Below, in pieces: positions 49,661 to 62,662 of a DNA stretch of 64,000 bases. Source of the stretch: Mustelus asterias. Lineage: Eukaryota. The first letter of the stretch is position 1. Each line of letters opens with the position of its first letter. A model generated the notes under the pieces. It did not search any database. It was not told where the DNA came from and saw only the letters and a list, made by a program, of their open reading frames with translations. The stretch lies in NCBI RefSeq assembly GCF_964213995.1, contig NW_027590170.1, positions 124,001 to 188,000 on the forward strand, written 5' to 3'. A program made the position numbers and the translations under genes.

Positions 49661-50627
49661 TCCCGCAGAGAACATACGGCGCATGTGCAGTTTCGCCTTC
49701 GGCATCTTTCATATTAAATTAATAATTGTATTTTTATTTACATATAAATCACCTCCCGGTGGCCTGTCTGGTTCAGAATTTCAGTCACTTTCTCCATTTC
49801 TGAACAGTCGTTCTTTTTCTTAAAATAAACGGCGGGTGTCGGGGCTGGTGGTGACGTCACTGAAATAGGACGGCCAGTCCTTCCCCGCCACTGGCTCCTG
49901 ATGTTCCGCCAAAGAGCTGCAGCTGGTCCAGGGTACGGCCAAGATGTGACATTGTGAGGAGCAGCAGCAGCAGCTGCAGGGAGTGTCCCAGTGACCCCTG
50001 GCGCCAGGAGGGGAAAGAACAGCAAGCATAGTCTCTGCCCAATGGCTACCCCCAGGTCAGTTGTTCAGTGACACTGGGAACCTCTTAAATTTAATCTTCA
50101 GCTTCTCAGATTCACCCCCATCCATCCCTCCATCCATTGCTCCCTCCCTCGATCGGTCCATCGGTCCATCCATCCGTCCATCCCTTCCTCCCTCCATCCG
50201 TCCCTACATGTGTCCCTCCATTCACACAACAAGAACTATTCAGTCTGCACAGCAGCTTCAGTCTCATCCCCCAGTTTGTTTTCCACCCTTTGTCACACCA
50301 ATTCTTCTCCCACATGTTTCACATCATTACATTATAATACAAACTTGATAACCTCTCCAATTTGACATTTGTTCAGGGGTACAGACAGCAGATAAATGAT
50401 CAACTACAACCCCACCCTGGGCTATGGTGATACATTTATACATTAGCTCATTACACAATTAAACCCACACACTGGTTTTAAGTTTGCTTCCGTTACCCAG
50501 CAGGTTGAGTAAACTGAAATTGACCTCAACACTTTATGATCTCTGTCTCTGTGTTTGTGAGACTGTCCGTAATAGTGTGTATGTCTGTGTGTGTGTGTCT
50601 CTGTGTGTTCTTCTGAGAGTATATGTT

Positions 50628-50925
50628 TTTGATTTTGTTGTATTTGATTTATTATTGTCATGTGTATTAGTATACAGTGAAAAGTATTGTTTCTTGCGCG
50701 CTATACAAACAAAGCATACCGCACATAGAGAACAGTAAGAAGGCTCAAAACGCCAGGTTAAGGTTTATTTGGAATCACGAGCTTTCGGAGCGCTGCTCCT
50801 TCATTACGTGAGTGGAAAGGTAGGTTTCACAAACACGGCATTACACGCACATAGAGAAGGAAATGAGAGATTGCAGAATGTAATGTTACAGTCATAGCTA
50901 GGGTGTAGAGAAAGATCAATTTAAT
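50628..50925 (-). mobile_element. Rex1 3' end interrupted by a Penelope-repeat fragment (~50733-50840)
   Basis: GATTTATTATTGTCA..TACAGTGAAAAGTATTG tail; insert GAGCTTTCGGAGCGCTGCTCCTTC. Confidence 0.7.
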
Positions 50926-51059
50926 TAAAACATTGTTATAGATTTCAAAAGAATTAGAATAGAGTTTTAGAAGCAAAGACCGAGAGTAAAAGATAACATC
51001 AGAGAGATGCGGGGCACAGCATGCAATAAGTCGCTATGGTCCGACGCCATCCTGATTTT

Positions 51060-52555
51060 TTTTGGTTTGTCTCTGTGTTTATCTGAGAGTGTGTGTATGT
51101 TTGCTTTTGTCTGAGTATTTATTAGTATGTGTCCGTATGTGCGACTTTGCTTGTGTCTATTTCTCTGAGATTGTGTGACTGTTTTTGCCTGAGTCCGTGT
51201 GTGTGTGTGTGTGCGTGTGCTTGTGTCTGTTTGATTGTCTGTTCATGTGTGTGTATGTGTGTGTATTATGCTGAAAGTGCGTGTCTGTGAGTTTACAACC
51301 TTGCCTATGTTGCTTGACTGAGATCATATGTGTGCCTATGTTGGACTGTGTGCATGTGTTTCTGTGTGCGTGACTGTGTTTGCCTGGGTGTTTGTGTGTG
51401 TGTGTTGGTGCCTACGTGTTTTTCTGTGATTGTATGTATGCCTGAGTGTTTGACTGAGTGTTTATGTGTTTGTCTCTAAGTGTGTGTGTTTTGTCTGAGA
51501 GATTGTGTGTATCTGTGTGTTTGCGTCAGAGTGAATTTGTATGTGTGTGCCTGTGTGTTCGTTTGATAGTACAGCTGTGTGTGGGTCTGTGTGTGTATAT
51601 TTGCCAGCGAGTGTGTCTGTGTGTGTGCATGCATGTCTGAGAATGTATGTTTTCTTTGTCTGAATTTTTCTCTGTATATGGCTGTGTGCAAGAGTTTGCT
51701 TGTGTGTGTTTGTCTGAGTGTGTTCTTGTGATTGTATCTTTGTCTGTGAGTGTGTGTGTGCCTGTGTTTTTCTGAGCGTTTCTCTGTGTTTGCGAGTTTT
51801 CCTGTGTCTGTTCGTCTCAGAAATAAGTGTGCCTGCATTTGCCTGTGTGTTTGCGTGTATGTTTTCTGTACTTTTCTAAATGCGTGTGTGTGTTTGTGTC
51901 TGTGTGTGCATGTATTTGTCTGACAGCGTGTCTGTGTGTCTGAAAGAGAGAGAAAGTATGTGTGTGCCTGTGGGTGCGTGCGTGTGTTTGTCTGAGCGAG
52001 TATATCTGTGTATGGGCCTGTGTGTGCGAGTTTGCCTGTATCGATTTTTGTGAGATCCTGTGTGTGTGTGCTCGTGACTGTTTCCTAGAAATCATAGAAA
52101 CCCTTCAGTACAGAAAGAGGCCATTCGGCCCATCGAGTCTGCACCGAACACAATCCCACCCAGGCCCTACCCCCACATCCCTACATATTTTACCCGCTAA
52201 TCCCTCTAATCTACGCATCTCAGGACACTAAGGGGCAATTTTTAGCATGGCCAATTAACCTAACCCGCATATCTTTGGACTGTGGGAGGAAACCGGAGCA
52301 CCCGGAGGGAACCCACGCAGATACAAGGAGAATGTGCAAACTCCACACAGACAGTGACCCAAGCTGGGAATCGAACCCAGGTCCCTGGAGCTGTGAAGCA
52401 GCAGTGCTAACCACTACGCTACGGTGCCGCCCATTTGTCTGTTTGTGTGTGTACGTTTGCGAGTTTGCTTGTGTCTGCTTGTCTCAGTGTGTTTTTCTGA
52501 ATGTGTGTGTGTGTGCGTGTGTTGGTCTCGCATTGTGTGTGTGTGTGAACATTTG
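51060..52555. repeat. Degenerate (TG)n-rich tract with an inserted SINE
   Basis: TGTGTG/TCTG low-complexity sequence. Confidence 0.9.
52087..52431 (-). mobile_element. HE1-like V-SINE (CR1-type tail)
   Basis: Head, V-domain and tail. Confidence 0.9.
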
Positions 52556-52699
52556 AAAAAAAGAAATGTATGATATACTTGGCATTATGGTGACATGGCT
52601 CCAAGGTTAGCAAGGATGGGAACTAAACATTGAGGGCCATTCGATGTTTAGGAAGGACAGACAGAAAGCAAAAAAATGGAGTACATTGTTTCTTAAAGC

Positions 52700-53012
52700 G
52701 GGGCGGCACGGTGGCAGAGTGGTTAGCACTGCTGCCTCGATGGCAGGGGCCCGGGTACAATTCCGAACTCGGATCACTGTCTGTGTGGAGTTGGCACATT
52801 CTTCCCGTGTCTGCTTGGGTTTCCTCCGGGTGCCTCGGTTTCCTCCCACAGTCCAAAGATGTGTGGGTTAGCTTGATTGGCCATCCGAAATTGACCCTCG
52901 TGTCAGGGGATTGACAGGATAAATAATTTGGGTTACGGAAATAGGGCCGGGATTGTGGTCGGTGCAGACTCAATAATCCGAGTGGCCTCCTTCTGCACTG
53001 TAGGGATCCTAT
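52700..53012 (+). mobile_element. HE1-like V-SINE (CR1-type tail)
   Basis: Head, V-domain and tail. Confidence 0.85.
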
Positions 53013-53019
53013 GTGATAT

Positions 53020-56000
53020 TGAAGAAAGATATTAGCACAGCGGATGTGGAAGACTGGTAAGGGAACTGTGGCCAAGCCATCGCGTACAAGGGAAGAAGAA
53101 ACATACAAATTGGTAAATAAATCCATCGACCTGAGAATTTGGAGCAGTTTCAATTCAGCACAAAAGGACCCAGGAATTGATTCGGAAGGGAAAAAATAGA
53201 GTGTGAAAGTAAGAAGGCGGGAAACATAACAAATAGTTGATCCATTTGTGGGCATTTTCGAAAAAATATTTAGACTCTAAACTGGTCGCCACAGATTGGA
53301 GGGTAGCTAATATACGCCCGCCATTCAAAAAGGGAGGTAGAGAGAAATAGGGTGAACCATAAGGCAAAGAGCCGAACATTAGAACTAGGAAATTGCTCGA
53401 ATCAATTATTAAGGATTTCATAACTCAGCATTTGGAAGGCAGTGGTAAAATCAGACGAAGTCAACATGGATTTGCAAAGGGGAAATCATGCTTGGCAAAT
53501 CTATTGGAATTGTGTGAGAATGTAACTAGTAGAGGTGACCAAGGAAAACTGGTGGGTATGGGTTATTTAGACTTTAAAATGCTTTCGGCAAGGTCTCATA
53601 TAGCGTACGACCATAAAAGTGGCATGGATAGTGTATTGAGCTGGATAGAAAGCTGCTTAGCAGATAGGAAGCAAAGAGTTGGCAGAAATGAGTGTTTTTC
53701 CAATTGGCTGGTAGTGACCAGTGGGGTACCGCAGGGATCCACGCTAGGAGCCCAACTGTTCTTATTGTGTATAATTGATTTCAAAGAGGGAACTAAATGT
53801 GTTTTCTCCAATTTGCAGGTGACGCAAAGTTAGGTGAGAGGGTGAGCTCTGAGAAGGATGCAGCGATGCTTCAGCCTGATTTAAACAGGCAGAGTGAATG
53901 GACATATGCATCGAAGATGCAGTATAATGTGGGCAAATGCGAGATCATCCACTTCGGAGGCAACAATAGGACGGCAGATTATTATTTGAATAAATTGAGC
54001 GGTGAATATTCAGCGACAGCTTGGCATCCATGTGTATTGGCGCTGAAAGAAAGCACCACAGGTTCAGCAGGCGGTAAAGAAGGCAAGTGGTATGCTGGCC
54101 TTCATAACGACAGGATTTGAGTATAAGGATAGGGATATTTTACTGCAATTTTACAGGGCGTTGGTGAGCCCACAACTGGAGTATTGTGTGCAGTGTTGGT
54201 GTCCTTATCTGAGGAAGGATGTCCTTACTGCAGAGCGAGGGCAATGAAGATTTACCAGACTGATTCCTGGTCTGTCGTGTGAGGAGAGACGAAGTCAGTT
54301 AGGATTATATTATGTGGAGTTTAGAAGAGTGAGAGGGAATCTCATAGAGACTGATAAAATTCTAAAAATACATCGACTGGCAGACTCAAGTCGGTAAGGG
54401 TGGAATGGAGGAAGAGTACTTAGAATGCTGTCGGGATAGTTTCCTTGAACAGCATGTTACGGAACCGACGAGGGAACGAGCTATTTTGGATCTGGTATTG
54501 TGTAACGAGGTAGGTAGAATTAAGGATCTTATTGTGAAGGACCCTCTTGGGTCTAGTGACCACAATATGGTCGAATTTCTGATTCAGATGGAAGAGGAGA
54601 AAGTTTGGTCCCAAACAAGTGTCCTCTGTTTGAACAGAGGGAAATATGATAGGATGAGGGATGAATTGGCTAAGGTAGACTGGGAGAGCAAGCTGGCAGG
54701 TAGGATAGCTGAGGAACAGTGGAGGGTTTTTAAGGAGATCCTTTTCAGTTCTCAGCAAAAATATATTCCAGCAAAAAACAAGGATTGTAAGAAAAGGGAG
54801 AACCAGCCGTGGATAACGAAGGAAATAAAGGAGAGTATTAAAATAAAAACAGCTGCGTACAGAGTGGCCAAAAATAGTGGAGAAACAAGTGATTGGGAAA
54901 AATTTAAGAAACAAAAAAGAGAGACGAAGAAAGCGATAAAGAAAGGAAGGATAGACTATGAAGCTCGGCTAGCAATTAATATAAAAAATGAAAGTAAAAG
55001 TTTTTATAAATATATAAAAAGGAATAGAGTGGCTAGAGTGAATGTTGGACCCTTGGAGGACGAGAGGGGGGAGTTAATAGTGGGAAATGAGGATATGGCT
55101 GAGTCTTTAAATAAGTTTTTTGTGTCGGTCTTCACGGTGGAGGACACAAATAGTTTGCCAAATATTAACGATAGAGGGTTGGCAGCAGGAGAAATACTTA
55201 ATACAATTAATGTTACCAGAGAGGCAGTGCTGGGTAGACTAATGGGACTGAAGGTGGACAAGTCCCCGGGTCCGGATGGAATGCATCCCAGGGTATTGAA
55301 AGAAATGTCAGAGGTAATAGTGGATGCGTTAGTGATTATTTATCAAAACTCGTTGCATTCTGGGGTAGTGCCGGTTGATTGGAAAACGGCTAATGTTACG
55401 CCGCTGTTTAAAAAAGGAAGGAGACAAAAGGCGGGTAACTATAGGCCGGTCAGCTTAACGTCTGTAGTAGGGAAAATGCTGGAATCCATTATTAAAGAGG
55501 AGATAGCAGGGCATCTGGATAGAAATGGTTCGATCAATCAGACACAGCATGGATTCATGAGGGGAAAGTCGTGCTTGACGAACATGTTGGATTTTTATGA
55601 AGATGTGACTAGGGCGGTTGATGGAGGAGAACCAGTGGATGCGGTGTTTTTGGATTTCCAAAAGGCGTTTGATAAGGTGCCCCATAAAAGGCTGCTGAAG
55701 AAGATTAGGGCACACGGAGTTGGGGGTAGTGTGTTAAAGTGGATTGGGGACTGGCTATCCGACAGGAAGCAAAGAGTCGGAATAAATGGGTGTTTTTCCG
55801 GTTGGAGGAAGGTAACTAGTGGCGTGCCGCAGGGATCGGTACTCGGGCCGCAACTATTTACCATTTATATAGATGATCTGGAGGAGGGGACGGAGTGTAG
55901 GGTAACGAAGTTTGCAGACGACACAAAGATAAGTAGAAAAGTGAATCGTGTGGAGGACGGAGAAGATCTGCAGAGAGATTTGGACAGGCTGAGTGAGTGG

Positions 56001-57190
56001 GCGAGGATATGGCAAATGGAGCATAACGTTGATAAATGCGAGGTTATACACTTTGGAGGAAATAATAACAAATGGGATTACTATCTCAATGGAAACAAAT
56101 TAAAACATGCTACCGTGCAAAGGGACCTGGGGGTCCTTGTGCATGAGACACAAAAGCCCAGTCTGCAGGTACAACAGGTGATCAAGAAGGCAAATGGGAT
56201 GTTGGCCTATATCGCGAGGGGGATAGAATATAAAAGCAGGGATGTCTTGATGCACCTGTACAGGTCATTGGTGAGGCCGCAGCTGGAATACTGTGTGCAG
56301 TATTGGTCCCCTTATATGAGGAAGGATATATTGGCATTGGAGGGAGTGCAGAGAAGGTTCACCAGGTTGATACCGGAGATGAGGGGTTTGGATTATGAGG
56401 AGAGGCTGAGGAGATTGGGTTTGTACTCGTTGGAGTTTAGAAGGATGAGGGGGGATCTTATGGAGACTTATAAGATAATGCGGGGGCTGGATAGGGTGGA
56501 GGCGGAGAGATTCTTTCCACTTAGTAAGGAAGTTAAAACTAGAGGACACAGCCTCAAAATAAAGGGGGGTCGGTTTAAGACAGAGTTGAGGAGGAACTTC
56601 TTCTCCCAGAGGGTGGTGAATCTCTGGAATTCTCTGCGCACTGAGGTGGTGGAGGCTACCTCGCTGAATATGTTTAAAGCGCGGATGGATGGATTCCTGA
56701 TCGGAAAGGGAATTAAGGGTTATGGGGATCAGGCGGGTAAGTGGTACTGATCCACGTCAGATCAGCCATGATCTTATTGAATGGCGGGGCAGGCTCGAGG
56801 GGCTAGATGGCCTACTCCTGCTCCTATTTCTTATGTTCTTATGTTCTTATTAGACAGGGTAAATTCAGAAAGATTATCCCAGAAGGCTGGGGAGTCCAGA
56901 ACTAGGGGGTCATAGTCTGAGGATAAGGGGTAAAACCTTTAGAACTGAGGTGAAGAGAAACTTCATCACCCAGACAGTGGTGAATCTGTGGAATTCACTA
57001 GCACAGGAAGTGATTATGACCAAAACGTTGCTGGATTTCAAGAAGAAATTAGATATAGCTCTTGGGGCTAAAGGGAGCAAGGGATCTGGAGGGAAGGCAC
57101 GATCAGGATATTCAATTTGATGATCATCCATGATCATAATGAGTGGCGAAGAAGGCTCGAAAGGCCGAAAGGCCTTTTCCGGTTTCTATT
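53020..57190 (+). mobile_element. Old CR1 LINE (53020-54367 and 56851-57190) split by a younger CR1
   Basis: QHGFAKGKSCLANLL..VPQGSTLG. The host sequence resumes at TAGACAGGGTA after the young insertion. Confidence 0.85.
54368..56850 (+). mobile_element. Young 5'-truncated CR1 LINE with an uninterrupted 781-codon ORF2 (54405-56750)
   Basis: End of the APE domain (LDLVL..GSSDHNMV), complete RT (YRPVSLTS, QHGF, DFQKAFD, PQGS, FADD) and (TTCTTATG)n tail. Confidence 0.95.
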
Positions 57191-57945
57191 TTTTCTGTTT
57201 CTGTGTGTGTGGGTCTGTGTATGTTTTTTTGTTTTCCCTGAGCAACAGTGTATATCTTTCTCTGCATGTTCTTTTGATACTGCATGTGTGTGTCTGTCTG
57301 GGGCTCTGTGTGGGTGTATCCGTGTGTATGATTTCTGAGATTCTGTTTGTGTGTGTCTGAGTGTGTGTATTTAGCTGAAAGGCAGCGTGTGTGTATGTGT
57401 GTCTGAGTTTGTCTGAGCATTTGTGTCTGCTCTATGAGAGTGTGTGTGTTTCTATGTGCTTGTTTGAGTGTGTATATATTTGTGTTGTCTGAGAGTGTGT
57501 GTTTGTGTTTGCTTGTCAATGTGTGTGTGTGTGCGCCTGTGTGTGTGTTTATCTGACAGTGTGAGTATCTATGCATGTGCTTGTGTGCATGTATGTATCT
57601 GTGTGTGTGCGTGTATATATGTGTGTGTGTCATTTTGCCTGAGGTAATCTGTGTGTCTTTGTCTACGTCTGTGATTGTGTGTGTGTCAGCTTTTGTCTAA
57701 GAGAGTTTGCATTTTTGTCTGAGTGTGTGTGTATGCCTATGGGTGTGTGTTTGTGTGCGTGTATTTGTCTGAGCGTTTGGGTGCGTGTTTGTATGTGTGT
57801 TTGTTTCTGATTGTCTGAGTGTGTGTGCGCGTTTACCTGAGTGTGTGTGCATGTCTGAGTGTGCGTTTTTCTGTGTGCGTGTTTGTTTGAGTGTGTGTAT
57901 GTGCGTGTGTGAGAGTATGTGTGCTTGAGAGAGAGAGTGAGAGAG
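57190..57945. repeat. Degenerate (TG)n-rich tract
   Basis: Low-complexity TG sequence. Confidence 0.9.
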
Positions 57946-58549
57946 ATTCCTCACTATACTCCATGACTGCAAGGTTCTGGTCTTACTGATGGGGCTCCCT
58001 TGCACTGAAGCACTTACAGTAGCTCCTGCTCATCGCATGCTCACTTTTCGATTAACTCTTTCAGCGCTGAGCCGTTAGGTTCAAATCTACAGCACACATA
58101 AGAACAGATCAATTTCCATGTCCTGAAACCGTCGAAACAGCCCAGAATGTGCCTTTCTTTCTGCTTTTGGACTCTGCAGTTGTACTTATGGTTCTTGCCG
58201 TTTGCAGCCTAATGTTTGAGTTGTATTATTTTCTGCACCTCTGGTCATCCAGAGGAAAGACAGAGAGAATCGTGGCATCCGCCTGTTCCCGCTGTGCAAT
58301 GGGCAGTCAGCAGGGGGCGGACGTAGGGCGCATCTGGACACTGAAACAGAAATGTTCATGCATTCATATAGGTTGCTCAATAATTAATTCAAATCTGAAT
58401 AACATATTTGGAAGGTGGAGATCGTAGGACAGTGACCATGTCACTGGAGAGTCCCAGACTAATATTATGGGCACACGGGTTCAATCCAATTCCCCACCCA
58501 GCACCCTCAGTGCACCGAATGCAATGTGAATTTTTGCATTCAACAATAA

Positions 58550-58857
58550 CTTTTAAGTTTATTTATTTGTGTCACAGGTAGGCTTACATTAATACTGCAA
58601 TAATGTCACTGTGAAAATCCTCTAGTCGTCACACTCCGGCGCCTGTTCCAGTACATTGATGTAGAATTTAGCTTGGTCAATGCACCTAACCAGTACATCT
58701 TTCAGACTGTAGGAGGAAACCGGAGCACCCGGAGAAAACCTAAGCAGACACGGGGACAACGTGCACACTCCGCACAGATAGTGACCCAGGCCAGGAATCG
58801 AACCCGGGTCCCTGGTGCTATGATGCAGCAGTGCTAACCACTATGTCAATGTCCCGC
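58550..58857 (-). mobile_element. HE1-like V-SINE (TGTGACA..AATAAA tail type)
   Basis: Head, V-domain and tail. Confidence 0.85.
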
Positions 58858-59389
58858 CAATCTGGGTTTAGATAGGAAGGCGAGAAAGAACATACTTGTT
58901 ATAGATGGGGTGCACCACAAGTTCACCAGACTGATACTTGGGATGTAAGCATTGTCCTTTGAGGAGAGATTGAGGTGTGCATTCAATTAAATTCTGAAGA
59001 ATGGGAGATCTCATTGAAAGATATGCATTTCTGACAATTCCAGGATTATGACCCAGCAGTACTGAAGGAACTGCCGATATATTTCCAAGTCGGGATGGTG
59101 AGTGACTTGGAGGGTGAATCTCCTTTTGATGGTGTCCTCAGGTATCTACTGCCCTTGTGATTTTATCGCGGTAATGGCTGTGGCTCGTGGAAGTATTGTC
59201 TGGTGCTCTGGAAACACGAGTTCAAATCCCACCAACGATGACAGGTGGAATTTAAATTTAATTAATAAAAATGCAGATTTGAAAATTCGGCTGAATAATA
59301 GAGAACTTAAGAAAACTGTCATCCGTTGTTGCATAAGCACATTCTGCGCAGCAATGCTGTATCAATGCTCAATGGAGTTTGGAAGAAAA

Positions 59390-59778
59390 TGGGGGTTCTT
59401 ATAGAAACGCATACAATTATGAAAGGAATAGATAAGATAGAAGCAAGGAGGTTGTTTCCATAGCAAATGAAATTAGAACTAAGGGACAAGACCTCAAAAT
59501 AAAGATGAGGAGATTTTGGACTGTGTTGAGGAGGAACCTCTTCACCTAAATGGCTGTGAATCTGTATAAATCCCTGCCCAGTGAAGCAGTTGAGGCTACA
59601 TCGTTAAGCGTTTTTAAGGTAAAGATAGATTTTTGAGCAGTAAAGGAATTCAGGGTTATGGTGAGCGGGCGGGTAAGCGGAGCTGAGCCCATGAAAAAAT
59701 CAGCCATAATCTTATTGAATGGCGGATCAGGCTCGGAGGGCCAGATGGCCTATTCCTGCTTCTAGTTTTTATGTTCTT
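59390..59778 (+). mobile_element. CR1 3' fragment
   Basis: Similar to 56450-56850. Confidence 0.8.
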
Positions 59779-60829
59779 TCAGAAAGGAAATCTGCCGACA
59801 ACCTGGACTATGTGTGAGAAAAGACCTAGAGAAATGTGGCCGACATTTAGCTATCTTCTGAAATGTTTAGTGAGACAAGAGGCGAGAGGCTGCAGCAACC
59901 ACATAGGGCGGAAGAATAAAAATAACTCGTCATCTCTTACATCTTCCAGCCTTCATGCAAAGACATCAATCTGAAACCTTAACTCGGTTTCTCACTTGCA
60001 CAGTTACTGGCTGGCATGATGCAAGCAGCGTTTCCTGTTTTTGTCTGAAATGCTGCACTTTGGCCTCTTAAGTTCACGTTGGTTTCTTCCCTGAAAAGAA
60101 ATGTGTGGCTCATTTCGAGAATTCCAACGCACAGCCTGTTTTCATCTTCACTCTTCCTGCCTACGAGTCCCTCCTCAGCCTGCTGCAATGCTCCAGTAAA
60201 GGAGCTAGATTCTTAGTAAACAAGGAGGGTGAAAGGTGATCAGTGTTGGCAGAAGCTTATAATAAGATCAGCCATAATCTTATTTACTGGCAGAGCAGGC
60301 CGGAAGTGACCAACTCCTACTTCTCAGTCCCCTGTATGTTACTGTATACATATTAAAATTTCGCGGTGGCTTGGTAAGGTGCACGTGTAAGAGACGTAGC
60401 AAGAATTGTTCCTGAATCGAAGATGAGCAAGTCGGGTTTACATTGCCAATTGTTAGGGTTTGGGATTCATTGTCTCAAAGACCAGAGTAAACATTTTCCG
60501 TGGTGACTTTCGAAAGAGAATGATTACAAAATCGAAAATATAACATGTCGAGGGACATGTGCCAACGGCAAATGCAGTGGGGTTTGTTTTAGCTCATTGA
60601 GATAGCAAGCATGCGCTCGTTAGGCCGAATTGCCTCGTTCTTTAATGTATGAACCGGATGAATGACATGATTGACTGGAGTGCAACACTTTCATTTGATT
60701 CACTAATAGTTGCTGCCTGAAGAATCGGTTAAACAGATACTTGTTAATTCTTGGATTCTTTCTCAATAATTTTCATTCATTGGGCTGAGTATTATTGGCA
60801 AGGCCAAAAATTGTTGCTAGTCCGAAACG

Positions 60830-61045
60830 CAAATGACTGCGGATTCTATAATCCAAAACAAAAACAAAACATTCTGAAATATCTCAGTGGGTCTGACAGC
60901 ATCTGCGGAGAGAGAATGGAGCCAAAGTTTCGAGTCTCGATGACGATTCGTCAGGGCCATCCGGACTCGAAACGCTAACACTATTCTCTCTTCACAGATG
61001 ATGTCAGAAGTGCAGAGCTTTTCCAGCATTTTCTGGTTTTGTGTT
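60830..61045. mobile_element. Palindromic Penelope-derived element
   Basis: CTGACAGCATCTG..GTTTCGAGTC..GACTCGAAAC..CAGATGATGTCAG inverted arms. Confidence 0.6.
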
Positions 61046-61077
61046 GCTCTTGCTAATTGCCCTTGAACAGTATAGTT

Positions 61078-61415
61078 TGCTCATGGCCATCTCCCCAGGG
61101 GAGGGAATGGCGTAGTGATATTATCGCTCGAGTATCAATCCAAAAACTCAGCTAATGTTCTGGGGTCCCGTGTTTGAAACACAATTCAATAAAAATATCT
61201 GAAATTTCGAATCTACTGATGACAGTAAAATCATTGCCAATTGTCAGAAAAAAACAGTTGGGTCACGATGTCCTTTGGGGAAGGAAATCTGCCGTGCTTA
61301 CCTGGTTTGGCCAACACGTGAGTCTAGAGCCACATCAATGTGGTTGACTGTCAACTGCCCTCCAAGGGCAACTGGAGATGGGCAATAAACGCCCATGTTC
61401 CAAGAATGAATAAAC
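61078..61415 (+). mobile_element. DeuSINE-type (SacSINE1-like) element
   Basis: ATGTCCTTT.GGGAAGGAAATCTGCCGT.CTTACCTGGT..AATGTGGTTGACT..AACTGCCCTC. Confidence 0.55.
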
Positions 61416-62328
61416 AATACTGCGTGTCAGGAGTCTCATGAAAGCCAGACGGCGTAAAGACCGCAGATTTTCTTTCTTAAGGCGGGGAAGCTCGACTGAA
61501 TTGGGGAGTTGGAATGGGGTTATACGAGGAAAGATCGGACAGAGTTCATTGGAGTGCAGAAGATTGAGTGATGATTTTTTGAAACATATATGATCTTTTT
61601 TGGGCGGGGGGGGGGGCGGTTGTTGTGGGGAGGTGGGGGTTCGGAGGGGTAATGGGGCCAGCGGTGTGAGGGTGGAAGCTGACGGAATGTTTAACCTTTG
61701 CGGGACAGATAGGAAAGAGGGCGAAGAAAATAATTGTTTCTTCTCTCAGATGCCTGTATGCCTTTGGAACTGTCGTCTGCAGAAATCTACTGCAGCTTCA
61801 GTCGCTGGGAAAGTCTCTGAAAAGATTCATGCTTGTCGACAGTTGGCAACATCTGGCCTCTCACCCCTCCCCCCGCACTGCCTAACTGCCACCTCGCTGC
61901 TGGAGTTTCCAGTCCCGGGTGATTAAACCACACGTTCTGGTCTTTGAGTAAACTGAGAGGCTCAGCGACCTCTTGACTGAAACCGCACACTCGGCCCACT
62001 TCCTGCTGCCGTTGGTCGCCTTGTCAACCAGACCCTGGTTCCCCCAATCAGCAGTGAACGCATGTATCATTTTATCTCAACAGTTTCTATCAAAATAAGC
62101 AAGCCAAAGTCGATTAACCCCCCTACTGCCGAGAAGCAAAAGAAAATCAACACCTGATAGGAAATTTAGAGCATGGACTTCGAGACTGAGAAGAGTAATT
62201 TGTGCCATTCCTGTTAGAGAGCTGGATCATTCCTCTTAAAATATCAAGTACAGGTTGAGAAGTCACACGAAAGTTTTATGGGTTTGTTGCTAGGGAGAGC
62301 GATCTCTGGGCAAGTCATCCAGAGTCCT

Positions 62329-62662
62329 CGGCACAGTGGTTAGCTCTGCAGTGCCAGAGGTACGGGTTCGATTCCAGCCTCGGGTGGCTGCCTGTGTTGA
62401 GTTTGCACGTTCTCGCCGTGTCTGCGTGGGTTTCATCCGGGTGCTCTGGTCTCCCTCAGTCCAAGGATGTACAGATTGGGTAGATTGGCCATGACAAAAT
62501 GCACCTTTGTGTCCCACAGATGTGCAGGTTAGGTGGATTGACCGTGGGCAGAGCGGAGGGTCTGGGTTGATTTCTCTTTCGGAGAATCAGTGCAGACTCG
62601 ATGGGCCGAACGGCCACTTTCTGCAGTGTATGGTTTTTACGATTCTATTATTATATTCTATG
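62329..62662 (+). mobile_element. Diverged V-SINE
   Basis: Head and V-domain. Confidence 0.75.

Noticed and set aside
51458-52095. His/Thr-rich and Cys/Val-rich ORFs (also 57124-58005)
   Set aside because: They are translations of TG/CA low-complexity tracts.
54420-56549. Antisense ORFs within the CR1
   Set aside because: They are shadow frames of ORF2 with no independent features.
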